NCBI RefSeq assembly: GCF_009834535.1
Contig: NC_045716.1
Span: forward strand, 22,010,001-22,074,000
Reading direction: 5' to 3'
DNA length: 64,000 nucleotides
Source: Camelus ferus
Taxonomy: Eukaryota
In this document: one piece after another, positions 11,480 to 23,667 of the stretch
Numbering within the stretch: the stretch's first letter is position 1
Layout of the letters: each line of letters starts with the position of its first letter
Translations under genes and position numbers: made by a program
The notes under the pieces: generated by a model
Seen by the model: only the letters and a program-made list of their open reading frames with translations
Told to the model about the DNA's origin: nothing
Databases searched by the model: none

Positions 11480-11950
11480 TGTACATTGTACCAATTAGGA
11501 GTGATTTTGGCTGCAAATAACAATACCCAACCAAATACTAGTGGTTCAAACAAGAGATTTTATGTCTTCCCCCCAAACAAAGCCTTCTGGATGTGGGACA
11601 GCAGTTCCACAGTGTTGTCAAAGACCCAGTGCTCTCTGCCTCTCTGCTGTCCTCCTGACCCGGGGTACAGGACGGCTGATGGTACAAGAGATACATTCAA
11701 GCTGCAGGAGCCACAGGAAGAAGGGGTGGGAACAAGAGGGCTTCTCCTCCTAAGGGTCTCTTTTTATCTGGTAAGAAAATCTTTCCTAGCAGCTTCCTAG
11801 ACAACTTACCCTCAGGGGACAGAACTGCTGTGTCCATGGCTACACCAGCATCTGTGCAGGAGAAGGGACTGTTCTGAAGGGTGGGGGCTGGGGCCCTCCT
11901 TCCCCGAGTGGGTTCTGCTCTGTTCCGCAAAGAAACAAGAGTCTTGTTAG
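11480..11950. mobile_element. MaLR (MLT1-like) LTR remnant
   Basis: Starts 'tgtaccaattaggagtgattttggctgcaaataac', resembling MLT1 termini. Approximate bounds. Confidence 0.55.
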
Positions 11951-13638
11951 CCTAAGAGCAGTCGTGAGCCCTGAACAGTGTCTGCGCAGACATGTTGCTT
12001 TTGAGGGGCCAGTGGAATTTCCAGGTGGAGGTGTCTAAGGAAATGAGGGGGATGGGGGCCAGTAATCCCTTCCCTGCCATTTTGATTGGGGAGAAATCCC
12101 TCCTTCCCAGCCACCCAGCCTCAGTCCTCAGGTCCTGCTGGGTAGGAAAGCTGGGTAAGAGTGGGCGGGAAGACATTTACTCTCAATGCAGCCGATAAAC
12201 CTCTTTTCCACCCACCTCCCGAATCTTTCACTATAACATAGTATAAAAGCAGGACTTTACATATTTTTCTTTCAGAAGCGTTGCTCTTACATAACTGTTT
12301 CTTTTTTCTAATTACAAGAACGAATACATGATCAATGCAGAAAACTTGGAGAAGCACAAATGAAGGAAAAAAATCACCCATAAAAGTGAAATCTCAGGAG
12401 CAAGCACACTTCTCAATTCTTTTCCCCAAGGCTCTGGAACTTTTTATGGTAAATATCTTTGAGAGGTTACAGTTTAATGCCCATGCTGCGGCCAGCTCAG
12501 AATCCCTTACATTTGTGTAACATTTTACGATCTTCCAGTGTTTTCAGCTGTGTATTTTATCACATACTATTTCATCTTTATAGACTCCTACACATTTTGA
12601 GGTGGGCAAAGGCGGGATTTATACCCCGACTGACAAGGTGAGGAAACTGAGGATCAGATGGATGATGGCCGTCAGGGCTCAGACGAGTAGCCTCAGTGGG
12701 GCTTGGGTCCATGCTGTCTTAATCCTTCTGCACCCTCACTGCCCCACAGTCCTGGAAAGACCGGGGCACAAAGTGCTGAATTTGCTGTGGGCAGGTGGAG
12801 GGAGTGTGTCTGGAGAAGGGAAAAGAAGGGAGTGAGGAGGGGCCAACTCCTTCCTGCCCCCGAGCCTGTGGTGGGGGAGGGAGGAGAGGGGACAAGGGGA
12901 CTGGAGGAGGTTTGTAGGTCAGGCTCCTGAGATGCAGTCTTTCAGTGCTGAAGCCCGCCTGCCCTGGCCTGTCCCTTCAGGCAGTAGATGTCCAGATAAT
13001 GGCTTACTTTCCACTTCACCAAACATTTTTTGAGGTCAGTTTGTTTGTTTATTAGGAACACTCTGCGAGGCGTGGCAGGGATGGCCAGATAAGGCAACCT
13101 GTGAGCAGGGGAGAGAGAGCAGACCCCCAGAGAGCTGGGTTTGACTCCCAGCCGAGGACACTCGCGACAGGAATTTCACCTTGCTGGGCCTCCACTGTGC
13201 TCATCTGTAAGAAGGGGCAGGTCGACTTTCTCCCTGGAATTCTTATAGGGATCAAATGAAACATCAGCTGCGCGGGGCCTGATGCTAGGCTGGCGGGGAA
13301 GGCTGTCAGGAAGGACTGGTGTGTGTTTCTCTTTACGGGGGCCTGACGTCCTGGGCTGACCGAGTAAATATGCCAACACTGAGGGTGAGGAGGGGGAGCC
13401 TCCAGGATACAGGGAAGGCGAGGGAGGAGGAGCCCTAAGAACACAAATATTCTGCCAGGCAGTGCTTGATAAATGCCCCAGGAAGCAGCAGCCAAGAGCT
13501 CTGAGGTTCAGGGGGGCAGAGATGAATGGGGGGGATCCTTTTGGTGGCTTCCAGGGAGGGATGGTGGCCAAAGGCTTTCCATGCCCAAGGGACACTTCAG
13601 GCCTTTCTCCCCTGACCTGCAGGGGCAAAGGGAAGTGT

Positions 13639-14182
13639 TGTGGGGCGCAATGCGGCGGCTGGGCAGTGAGCCAATGACACGTGGGTTGGTAAAAGAATTT
13701 ACCAGAGATTAAGAACAAGAATAGAAAAGCATTTATTAGGGTACGCTGCCATAGACAACAGAGGGGTGCCTGCACGAGCCCCGAGGGCCGGTTATTGGGG
13801 TCCTTTATAAGGTCGGGTCACAGGGTGGCTGACTGGCCTGTTCACAAGACTTTGATTGGTTGTAGGTGAAGTAAGAGGTTTAGGGTCTCAGAAGAGCGGT
13901 GGTGTTTATGACTGATAAGGTGGGCTGAAGCAAGCCAGCCTGAGCATTACCTGGGGCTATTAGTTTGTTACGGCAAACATGCCCAGTAAATAATGTCAGA
14001 CATCTGAGAGCCCAGGAATGGGGTTTGTTGGACTTTAAAGGACATCAGTTGGCCCAACATTAAGGAGATGCAGAGAGGATCTGTCCCTCCTCCATGTTCC
14101 TTATTGCCCAACCCCCCCTCCTTCACCTGGTCCCCTCCCACACCCTCCCCATTCTCCCTCTTTCTTGGCCTTGGCATCATCA
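13639..14182 (-). mobile_element. Solo ERV1-type LTR (544 bp)
   Basis: TG...CA ends with 4-bp TSD GTGT (13635-13638, 14183-14186). On the minus strand: CCAAT 13855-13859, TATAAA 13804-13809, AATAAA 13732-13737. Confidence 0.85.
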
Positions 14183-14727
14183 GTGTCCACTAAGTGCGGG
14201 CCAGGCACTCTTGGGTCCTGGGGATCCCCATCTGGGTCTTAAAGAGGAGTAGGAATTGATGAAGTAATGATGGAGGAAGGGCACACAGCTTGGAAGGGCG
14301 ATACAGGTTGGGGTTACGCACCGGGAGGGGGCTGGAACTACAGAGAGAGGAGGGGCAGGAGTGTCCAAATGGCTGGAATGCAGGCGGAATGAGGTAAATA
14401 CCTCAGGGAGATGTGCACACAGTCTGTGACTCGGTCTGTGTGACTCTGAAGAAAGGGCTCCTCACTTGGGATCCCATGTGGGGAGGTGTCTGGACAGACA
14501 TCGTGGAGGGGGCCCTTTTGGAGATGTGGCTTACAGGGAAACTGCTTTTAAATGGGCTGAGGACATTCCAGACTGGGCTGGAGCAAGGCCCTCAGGCCAA
14601 CCCAGCAGAGCCCTAGAGACAAGCCGAGGAGGTTATATTTCACAGGGGAACCACAGGCTGAGGGAAGGCGGAGAGAGAAGGGAGGTTTGGAGACTTGAGA
14701 GCGCTTGATGGGCAGGTTGCCCTGGGA

Positions 14728-14990
14728 GTAATAACATCAGCTTCCGTTGATAGGACATGTTCTCCATTCCAGGCTCATTTGAAGCACTTTGCCTACATTA
14801 ACGCACTTACTTTTCACAATCACCGTAAGAGATATGTAGCATTATCATCCTCATTTTACAGATGAGCAAACTGCAAGCCCAGAGAAGTTCATAACTTCCC
14901 TGAGGTCACACAGCTAGTAAGCAGTGAAGCTGGAATCTGAAACAAGGCAATCTGGCTTGAGGGTCCCGATTTAACCACTGCACCATACCA
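14728..14990 (-). mobile_element. MIR SINE
   Basis: Core 'cattttacagatgagcaaactg...gaggtcacacagctagtaag'. Confidence 0.85.
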
Positions 14991-15199
14991 TCCAATTGTT
15001 CTGCCAGGTGTTCCTCGAGAGGGGCAACTAGTGCAGGCCACTGGGGACACAGAGAGATGCAAGAGCATTCTGGAAATGGTCTCTATAGGATGCAGCAGCT
15101 GTTTGCATGTAGGGGAAAGATGTGTTAGCTCAGCATCTGGCGCCCAGGTGGGAAGCAGGGCTGTGAAAGCCTCCAGATAAAATCCTTGCTCTCCCAGGC

Positions 15200-15475
15200 C
15201 AATCAGGTGCTTCCACCCAGGGCTCTGACTACAAAGGAAGGACTCAGATGTGGGGAGTTGGGAATTCATCTCTCCCTGGACTCTTCCTGTGATTCTGGCT
15301 GTACTTCTGGCTGCCCCAGGTACCTTGGTCCCTGCCCATCTCCCAAGGCAGGTTCCCAGCCTTTCCGTCTGTTGTGTGAACTACTGGATTTTCTTCCAAT
15401 AAATCCTTTTTCTGCTTTAAGTGACCTAGAGTCAGTTTCTGTCACTGACAAGCCAGAACCTGGATGGGTACAGAG
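15200..15475 (+). mobile_element. MLT1-like LTR 3' part
   Basis: 'aataaatccttttctgctttaagtgacctagagtcagtttctgtcactgacaagccagaacc...taca' resembles an MLT1 end. Confidence 0.6.
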
Positions 15476-16411
15476 GGAATCAGTGATGCCAAAGTCTGAC
15501 CCTGGGGAGACCAGAAGGGTCAGTTACAGATGTGTTTTGGGGGCAGGACAGGGAGTTTTGTCTCAATAGGTTAAGTTTAAAGTGGTTGGAAAAGCCTGGA
15601 GAATGGGTTGAGAAGAAGTTAATTATTAGGGGCTGGGCCTGAGGACAATGCTTTGAGCTAGAGGTGTGGAAGTGGAGCAGAGAATTAAGGTCTGAGGCCC
15701 TGGCACGGATGTGGGAGAGCAGAGAGCTGGCTTGCGAACAGCACCTGCAAGCGGCCAAGCAGGAACAGGGAGAGTGAGGGGCCAGGCGCGTTTGTCAGGG
15801 AGGCAGAATGTAGGCTGCGGGCTGGCATCGCATACCTTGGTCACCCCAGAAGCAGGAGAACATCTCTATTGTATCAGTAAAGAGCCCAAGGAGGTCTTGC
15901 ATTGTCCTCCCTTGGGCCATAGGCCCATCTCCAGACCAATCCCTGTGGCCTAGGGATGATATGCTGGGACTGGCCAGGACACTGGCTAACGACTGGATCT
16001 GGGAGGGGGGCCCACAGGAAAAGTGGGCTTCTGTCCCCAGAATGGGAACTGGAAACCAGGCAAGCAAACAAGCAGATGTCAACTAGGAGAGCTTGGTAGC
16101 TTGGGAAGTTTTCAGAATGGAGAGGATTTGGGGGGAATGGAGAAATCTGGGCCTGGTTTTAGAGAGGAGAGAACCACTAGAGAGAACCTGGAGAATGAGA
16201 TGTGTAGGGGAAACCGAGGAAGTAGGTCCCAGGAAGAACATGTAGGGATGGGTTTTAGGACGGAGGGTAGGAGTCCATCTTGGCGGAGGGGAAGCAGCTG
16301 TGTCTCAGAGCGGAGGCAGGTAGGGAGATGCTGGCGGGAGGAGGACTGGGAGTATTGGGAGGAAGTCACAAAAAGCTGTTCCCAGGTCACCTGCTTCCCC
16401 AGGCCTCCCCC

Positions 16412-16615
16412 AAGCTAAGAGCTTGGGCTTTGGAGACAGATTGCAGGAATTTAAATCCCAACTCGATCACTTATTAGGATGTGCCCCTGGGCAAATCCTG
16501 TCAGGTGCCTCAGTTTCCTCATTTATGTGATGAGGATGATAATCACGGGGCCCACCTAATGAGAGGATTAAATGAAATAATGTATGTAAAGTACTTAGAA
16601 AAGCTGGCATGTCTG
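16412..16615 (+). mobile_element. MIR SINE
   Basis: Core 'gcctcagtttcctcatttatg...gaggattaaatgaaataatgtatgtaaag'. Confidence 0.85.
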
Positions 16616-17464
16616 GCATATGGAAAGACCTCAGGATTAGCTATTATGATGGTAATTATTATGATCTTTATTGCAGAGGGCTCACAGCGACAGTAATGAG
16701 TTCCCATACAACTGGCTCCAGCTCCTACCTGCTGACACAGGACCTCCAGCCCCCTGCAAAGTCCCCCTCAAATATTGCTGATGGTCCCCACAGGGCGCTT
16801 CACACGGGCTCATCCCCGTGTCTGTGTGCTGAGCGCTGCAGCTGTTCTGCTGGGTGTAGTGTTTTTCTGCTGGTGGGGGTGGGGCGGCAGGCATCTCCCT
16901 CTCTTCTCAGGTGTCACCTCTGTCAGGGGAGGGGGGTCTCCCAGAAAGGCCGCTGGCGTTTCCACATGCTAAGGTTTGGTGGATCTGCGCTTCAGTTTTC
17001 ATTCACTAGCTGCTCCATCTATGAGGCCCAACAGGCTTCCCAGGGGCTGGACTGAGGATAGGTTTGTGGATTCGCCACCTCCTCGCTGTACTGTCTGGGA
17101 TTTCTAGTCCTCTCCGAGGATGACGGCTTTGCCTCTGAGCCGTTTGGGAGCTTCCTCAGCCCCTCCGGCAAGGATGTTCCTGTGAGGAGTTCCCTCCTGG
17201 CTGCTGGGTGATTTTCAACTTCAGTGTACACGCCAGGCTCTTGATGAGTGACCTGCCACAGCAGCCCAGCCAAGTACCTCAGCAGAAATCTTAGGCCAAG
17301 AGACTGGCCCTGCCTCGGGCGAGGGCAGCCAAGGATAATGGTGAGGATACAGGCAAAACAAATGTGGGGCAAGAGGAGGGCTGTGTCCCAGTGAGACAGG
17401 AGGGAAGAGGGCAGGACACAGTCTTTTCCCATAGACAAAAAGGTTGAAGTCCCTGTCCAGCCCA

Positions 17465-17697
17465 GTTACTAAAAACTTGAAAGGAGTTTGGAAGACCAGC
17501 TGTAGCCAAAGTGGAAGGGACCATATCGGGTATCACTAAGCACCCCAGCTGCTGTTAAGTTACAAGGGATTGCTAGTTGGGTCCATCTGTCCAGAATAAA
17601 ACCTGTAATTTATAAGCTGCAACAGGAACCAGGAGAGACCTACTCTTGCGGGGCAATACAAGACCTCAGGTACCTGTTTAAGAAAACAAGCAAATAA
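17465..17697 (+). pseudogene. ERV1 (gamma-like) pol integrase C-terminus remnant
   Basis: 17512-17697 translates to WKGPYRVSLSTPAAVKLQGIASWVHLSRIKPV...TYSCGAIQDLRYLFKKTSK*. It is preceded in frame by EDQL*PK, with a premature TAG. Confidence 0.9.
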
Positions 17698-18375
17698 CGT
17701 ATAGCGGTGATTACAACACATAATTACTTGAATATATCCAATTAAAGCTCCTAAAATAAGGGAAATATTTCAATAAGGTAAAAAAAAAGATGTGAATTCA
17801 GTAAAAGAAGGTGTGTGGAAAAGAAACACTGAGAAAGAGTTTCATGCATAATTGGGATTTTAAGTATTTAGCAAATTCTAAAACTTCTTTGTAGCTCCAG
17901 CTAACTTTAAGATGCTTTAAAGGAACCCTGAGGCATCTTCAGTATTAAATTAACTAGGATTATTTGGTCTGTTAAGTTAAATGTAATCAGTCATGATTCT
18001 AGTAATTGTAAACAAGTCTCTGTCAATTACAGGTGTTTAACCATGACTTTTACATCTTTTGTCATTATAGACAGTTGAACTATGTTACAAAAGTGCTTCA
18101 TCTTTAAGAAGATTCCTTGGAAGTCTATGGGAACAGTGGGTTACAAGAGTCTCATATCAGATGATGGCTATGTGAGGATTCCAGCCCATACCGCCCTCTG
18201 ATGTAAAAACAAAAGGTGGTTCTGCCCCTGGGGCCCCTAGACTAGGCATTCAGATTTTAACTCCCTGATAGGCAGGGTCAACGCCCCTACTCAGCCTGGA
18301 AGTAGTTTTGGAATATGGACCACCACCCCTCTGCACCCCCATAAGATTATGGGAGTAAAATCTCCGAGGGGGAAG

Positions 18376-18954
18376 TGAGACAGGAGGGAAGGGTTCAGGG
18401 CACGGCCATTCAAGGAATGACACAGCAATTAACACCAAAATGGTGGAAGATCCAACTCCCAGTAGGCCTTGAGGCTCAAGATGGCAAGAGATTTGACTTC
18501 CAGTAGACCTTGAGCTTCATTATAATATATTAGCATGATAAATAACATGCCCACAGGCGCCATGACAGTGTCAAGGCTGACCATAAAAGGTCAAAGAGTG
18601 GGCAGTGGTACAATTCCTGGGAATCCCAGCCCCTTCCCCAGGGTAATTGGAATGGTCCTCCCACTTGTTGGCATGTGAAGCTACGGAGCCCATAAAAACT
18701 GGCAACACTGCACCTCATGGCATCCTCTCTCACTCCCTCATCTTCGGAGAGGGTCTGCACTCGGTCTACGGAGTGTGTATCTACTTTTACTTTAACCTGA
18801 ACCCCCAACCCCCTTACCTCTTGGCCTTTCTCTCGCCTTCTGTAACAGCGTACACTCTTGTATGCCTCTCTCTAAATAAATCTACCTTTACTCAACAGAG
18901 ACCTGGGACATGGCCCTCCCCTTCACTCCACTTACGTTCATTTTTCCTGTATCA
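18376..18954 (+). mobile_element. ERV1 3' LTR, plus orientation
   Basis: TGAGACAGG...GTATCA ends, preceded by polypurine tract GAGGGGGAAG (18366-18375), with AATAAA inside. Confidence 0.88.
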
Positions 18955-19788
18955 CTTGGTCTTGGTTGAGTCCCTGGGACGTGCCCCGCCAAGTGTGTTT
19001 CTGGTATCAATAGACAGTCTAAGGAGTCAGGACAGAGGGGGATATAAGAGAAATCCAGGGAAAAGTGGGAAGGTGTACAGCCACCACGCTTCCTAGACCA
19101 GAGAGCCTGTAGGCCTACTGAGGGAGGGCCCATCTGTGACGACCACTCAGGGTTGTAATGAAACTTCAACCCCACAAGGGCTGAAGGAAATGCTTACCAG
19201 AGACTCCTGTTCAGGGGTGCAAAAACCCATGATTCGCAAAGGAAGTGCCCACCTGTGACTCCCACTTACGGATGCAATGAGGCAGAAAGCACTGAGGGCA
19301 CTTGGGGAGGGCCGGGCGGCAAATTTTTAAAAGGGGACTTCCCAGAGTCCCCTAATTTGGGCCCTCTTTCACAGTTCTGGTGTCCCGGAACCCAACTGAG
19401 ACTAAAACGGAGTAGAGAAGAGGAATTAGGCTCAAGGAGCCATGGAGGGGAAGCTCACCCAATCAGGTTGCCAGTTACTTGTCTTGTGGTCTTAATTTGG
19501 ATGTCTGAGTGGTGGCCTTGGTAGGTCTTCTTGAGTTTGAAGAGATAGAATGATAGAGGAGAATGAGAAAAGATGGAGGAGAGAAAAGCCTTGGGCTCGG
19601 TGGGCTCCTTCATGGCTAGAGAGGTGGTCTCTGCCAGATCCTGCAAGCAGCGTTGTCCACCACCTAAAGGGCTACTTGAGTCTGCACCGCATGGGAGAAA
19701 CCCCCAGCCACCCTCCGAAGAGAGGGGAGCCATAGCCCAATAGGCAGATGGCGATTATGCCCTTTAAGCCCCGTTTCTTTAACTAAAT

Positions 19789-19806
19789 GTCCCATCTGGA
19801 ATGCCA
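19789..19806 (-). other. Retroviral primer-binding site, tRNA-Arg(CCG)-type
   Basis: Minus strand reads TGGCATTCCAGATGGGAC, 15/18 to TGGCGACCCAGATGGGAC, and lies 6 nt inside the LTR end. Confidence 0.75.
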
Positions 19807-19812
19807 GAGAGA

Positions 19813-20469
19813 TGATGCAGGAAAAACAAATGTGGAGTGAGAGGAGGGCTGTGTCCCAGGTCTCTGTGGAGCCCCCTGGGACACACCCTGCCAAATGTGG
19901 GTTCTTGGCTTCGTGCAGGAAAGAATTCAAGAGCGAGCCACAGTTGAGTAAAGGTATATTTATTTAGAGAGATACATAGGCTGTTTCAGAAGGCAAGAGA
20001 AAGGCCACCATGTGTGGAGGTTGAGTCCTCAGGTTAAAGTAAAAGTAGATACACACTCCATATTATGGACAGAGTGCAGGCCATCTCTGAAGATGAGGGA
20101 GGGAGAGAGGTGGCCACAAGGCGTGGTGTTGCCAGTTTTTATGGGCTCAGTAGCTTCACGTGCCAACAAGTGGGAGGACCATTCCAATTACCTTGGGGAA
20201 GGGGCTGGGATTCCCAGGAATTGTACCACTGCCCACTCTTTGACCTTTTATGGTCAGCCTTGACACTGTCATGGTGCCTGTGGGCATGTTATTTATCATG
20301 CTAATATATTACAATGAGCGTATAATGAAGCTTAAGGTCTACTAGAAGTCATATCTCCCGCCATCTTGAGCTTCAAGGTCTATTGGAAGTTGAATCTTCC
20401 ACCATTTTGGTGTTAATTGCTGTGTCATTCCTTGAATGGCCGTGCTCTGCCCGCTTTCCTCCTGTCTCA
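19813..20469 (-). mobile_element. ERV1 5' LTR, minus orientation (MER4-group-like U5)
   Basis: Inverted copy of 18376-18954; 20194-20274 is the exact reverse complement of 18560-18640. Followed by the PBS and leader (18955-19812). Confidence 0.88.
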
Positions 20470-20934
20470 GTGAGGGGGCTGAGGACACAGCTGCCAGCCC
20501 CCAGCATCAGGCAGAGCTGGGGCCCTTGCAAGGCAGGTTGGGGGTGGGCCCTCTCTCCAATTCTGGGCTGCACTTAGTCACCAAAGGCCCAGAATCAGCC
20601 CTGAGGCTCCAAGGCCCTTATCAAAACCAGTTATCTGACTTCTGCCCTGACCCTTCTACCAGGCCAAGGACATACTCAAGATCTTCCCCCTCAGCCTAGT
20701 CCCCACCTCTCCCCAGGCTCCTGTTTCAACCTAACTCTGTCCTCTTTCTCCTTCCAAAAAATAAAAAGAGAAAAAAATCCCCGTGTGTCATTAGATGCAC
20801 CTGGATACCCTGTAGGACTGGAGAAGGACAGGGTGCAGGGAGGAAGACAGTGTCTGACTCCATCCAACCAGCCAGCAATCGTGGCCCGCTAGAAAGGTTA
20901 ACCGATTTTAGAACAGGTAATTCTAATCTCCAGG

Positions 20935-21165
20935 GACAGAAAGCAGCTCAGTGGCTGCCTTGGATAGGAGGTGGGGGTAGGAGTTGGGGGACTGACTGGA
21001 AGGTGCATGAAAGGACTCTTGGGAGATGGAAATGTTCTTTATCTTGATTGGGGTGGTGGTTATAGGGGTGAATACATCTGTTGAAAGTCATCGCCAACCT
21101 ACATACTTAAAACGTGTGAATATTATTACATGCAAATTATACTTCACTAAAGGCAATAAAAAAAT
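20935..21165 (+). mobile_element. Old L1 (L1M) 3'UTR end
   Basis: 'ggaaatgttctttatcttgattggggtggtggt...aaattatacttcactaaag'. Confidence 0.75.
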
Positions 21166-23472
21166 ACAACAAACAACAACAAAGGTTAACTGGAGACTTC
21201 AGTTTGTGGACCAGTGAGAGGCAGCCAGGGTGGTTTCCTGAGGTCCCACTGTGGATAAAGGCAGTGGGTGAGGGGCTGGGGCAGCGAGGGGGTCCGTCTC
21301 ACCTGGCACCCTCAGGGCACACCAGTCCCTGCTCTGAGGTCCTTTCTTCTCCCCGTGGCCTCATTCTAGGATTTCCCCATTCACGGCCAGGAAACTATTT
21401 CCTTGAGATGTTTCCTCCTAGGTCCACTCAGAGCCTGATAAATGGTTTTGTCCTGAGCTGCTTGTGTGGCTGGTGCTCTGAGGCACAAGGAACCTTCCTC
21501 TTCCATGGCTACTGGGAGTGCCTATAAAATAAACAGAACTGAAAAAGCCAGCGACCACAGAAGACACAGATGAAATGAAAAAAAAAAAATCAAAATAAAC
21601 AACCCTCCCCAAACCCACCCTGAGCCTCACACAGAAAACCCGAGACCCCCAAGCTGGGTGGGATGTAGAGAGCAGGCCTGTTTGGGGTGATATTTATACA
21701 AGGGGCTCGGTTCCTCCCTCGGGCAAGTAAAGCAAGTTGTAAAATTTGAAGGCACATTTAAAATTGTTTAAAATCCTCCAAATGTGTTTCCTGTCTGGCA
21801 CTGGGTATGGGGAGTTGGTAATATGTGTGCATGTGTGGCCTGGAGTATGTGTTAATGAGGGAGTTTAGAGGTAGAGATGCCAAGGAGCCAACGAGAATCA
21901 GGGGCAAGAAAAGGAGTCTGTTGTTGGTCGGGGTGTGTGTTCCTCGTGTTGGAATGTGTTTAAAGGGCCTCGGGCCCCCGGAGGGTGGTTTAGTCTGGGA
22001 AATCAACATCTTTTTAAAAACCACTGTACTTGTATACATCATTAGTTAAAGGCCTATAGCAGTAATAATGCAGGTATGTGATTTTTACTTCTGAAGCAAG
22101 TAGGTGTGATAATATTTGACAACATACAATAATTAGCATGTCGCAACACAAGTTGTGATCAATTAGATGATGATGAGAAGTCCTCCCGCACATCATGGCC
22201 TTCTACCTTTGCTTAAGCTCTTCCCTCTGCCTGGATGCCTTCACCAGCTGTCAAAATCCTAGTCATCCTTCCCAGCTGGCTCAGTACCACCTCCCCACAG
22301 TGCGAATTAATCACTCCCTCTGCTGGGCCCCCATGACATTTTGTCTTTTACAATGTTTACTTTGTTCCTTCCTTTCTGAAATGTAGCTGAATATGTGTCC
22401 GTTCCCCGTCACACATCCTTTGAGGACCAGAACTGTGTCTTGGCTGCCGATGTCTTCCCTGCAGCTCTGTGCCCAGAGTGAGCTCTCGGTCAGTGTTTAC
22501 TGAATTCAACTGCGTGTGTTTTTGTTGTTGTTGTTTTTTTTAAAGAGGATTACTTTAAGGAAAATAAAGACCCTGAACTGGCACAGACCTAATTTGGTAA
22601 AAGCCATCACACTTTAGGATATTTTTATTTCATACTCTTTGAACCTTGCCTCATTTAGCGTGTTGATGTAATTGCATTGGATTTAGAATTGATGGAATTC
22701 AAAATGTCATTTGAAGAAAATGTGGTATTATGTTATTGTAGTTCTAATACATAATATCCATCTTGTTAGGAAATCCTTTGTTTGCTGATAGCTTTTGGAG
22801 TGGGGGGCAAGATGATCTGTGGTAAATTTGTCTTTATTATGAAATTTCCTGGCATCTGACTGATGTAGGATGGTGACACTCTGGCAACTGGGCACTATTC
22901 CCTGTGGTGGTTTCTGGGATGGATATCGTGGAACTCAAAACTGAGCAGGGAAAAAACACTTGATTCAGATGAATAATTTAAAGGCACCCCAAATGCAGCC
23001 TGGTTAAGTGGAAATGTTCAAGGGAGTGGCAATCTATAAGGCTAACTGGTGTATTCAGCTTGCAAAAAGAAATTACAAAAAACAAAAAATGAAGGATCCT
23101 TGGTGTTCAGTAATGAGGCTGTCTTGGAACAGAGCTGGAACAGATGCCTGGGGTGGGCTCTCTCAGGAAGGTGGATATTCACGCTCTTTTCCTTTGCTTC
23201 CTGGCTGCCCCTGGGAGGATGTGGTGCTTGGGAAGAGACAGGTGCTTAAGAGCCAGGCAGACGGGAGGTTTAAATACTAACTAGCAGTGGTCTTATGTCT
23301 CAGTTCCCTCATCTGCAGAATGCAAGGAATAATAAATATCTTACAAGGGTTTCAGATACTCTTGTAAATTGCCTGGTGCAGTGCCTGACAGATGTAAGCG
23401 CACGTGCGTCAGGGTGGGGGCGTGTCCCCCATTCTCTTCTCCCAGCCCATCTATGCTATCCTTTCTTTCAGA

Positions 23473-23667
23473 TTAGGTTTACCAGATTTAGCAAATAAAA
23501 ATGGGTCATGCCCAGCTAAATCTGAATTTCAGATAAACCATAAAGACTATTATAGTGTAAGTATATCCTATGCAATATTTGGGGCATATTTATACTAAAA
23601 AAAGTACCCATTGTTTATCTGAAATTCCAGTTCAGCTGGCAGTTCTGTTGTTTATCTGACAACACTA
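23473..23667. mobile_element. MER53-like palindromic hAT MITE
   Basis: Arms 'gtttaccagatttagcaaataaaaat...aaatctgaatttcagataaac' and 'gtttatctgaaattccagttcagctgg...ttatctgacaacacta' around a central 'cctatgcaatatttgggg'. Confidence 0.8.

Noticed and set aside
16680-17340. Non-repeat block with a 139-aa minus ORF as a processed pseudogene
   Set aside because: No recognisable protein, poly(A) tail or TSD. A BLAST search would be needed.
18530-20304. Two near-identical ORFs (18530-18808 minus, 20065-20304 plus) as a duplicated gene
   Set aside because: They are antisense translations of the two LTR copies.
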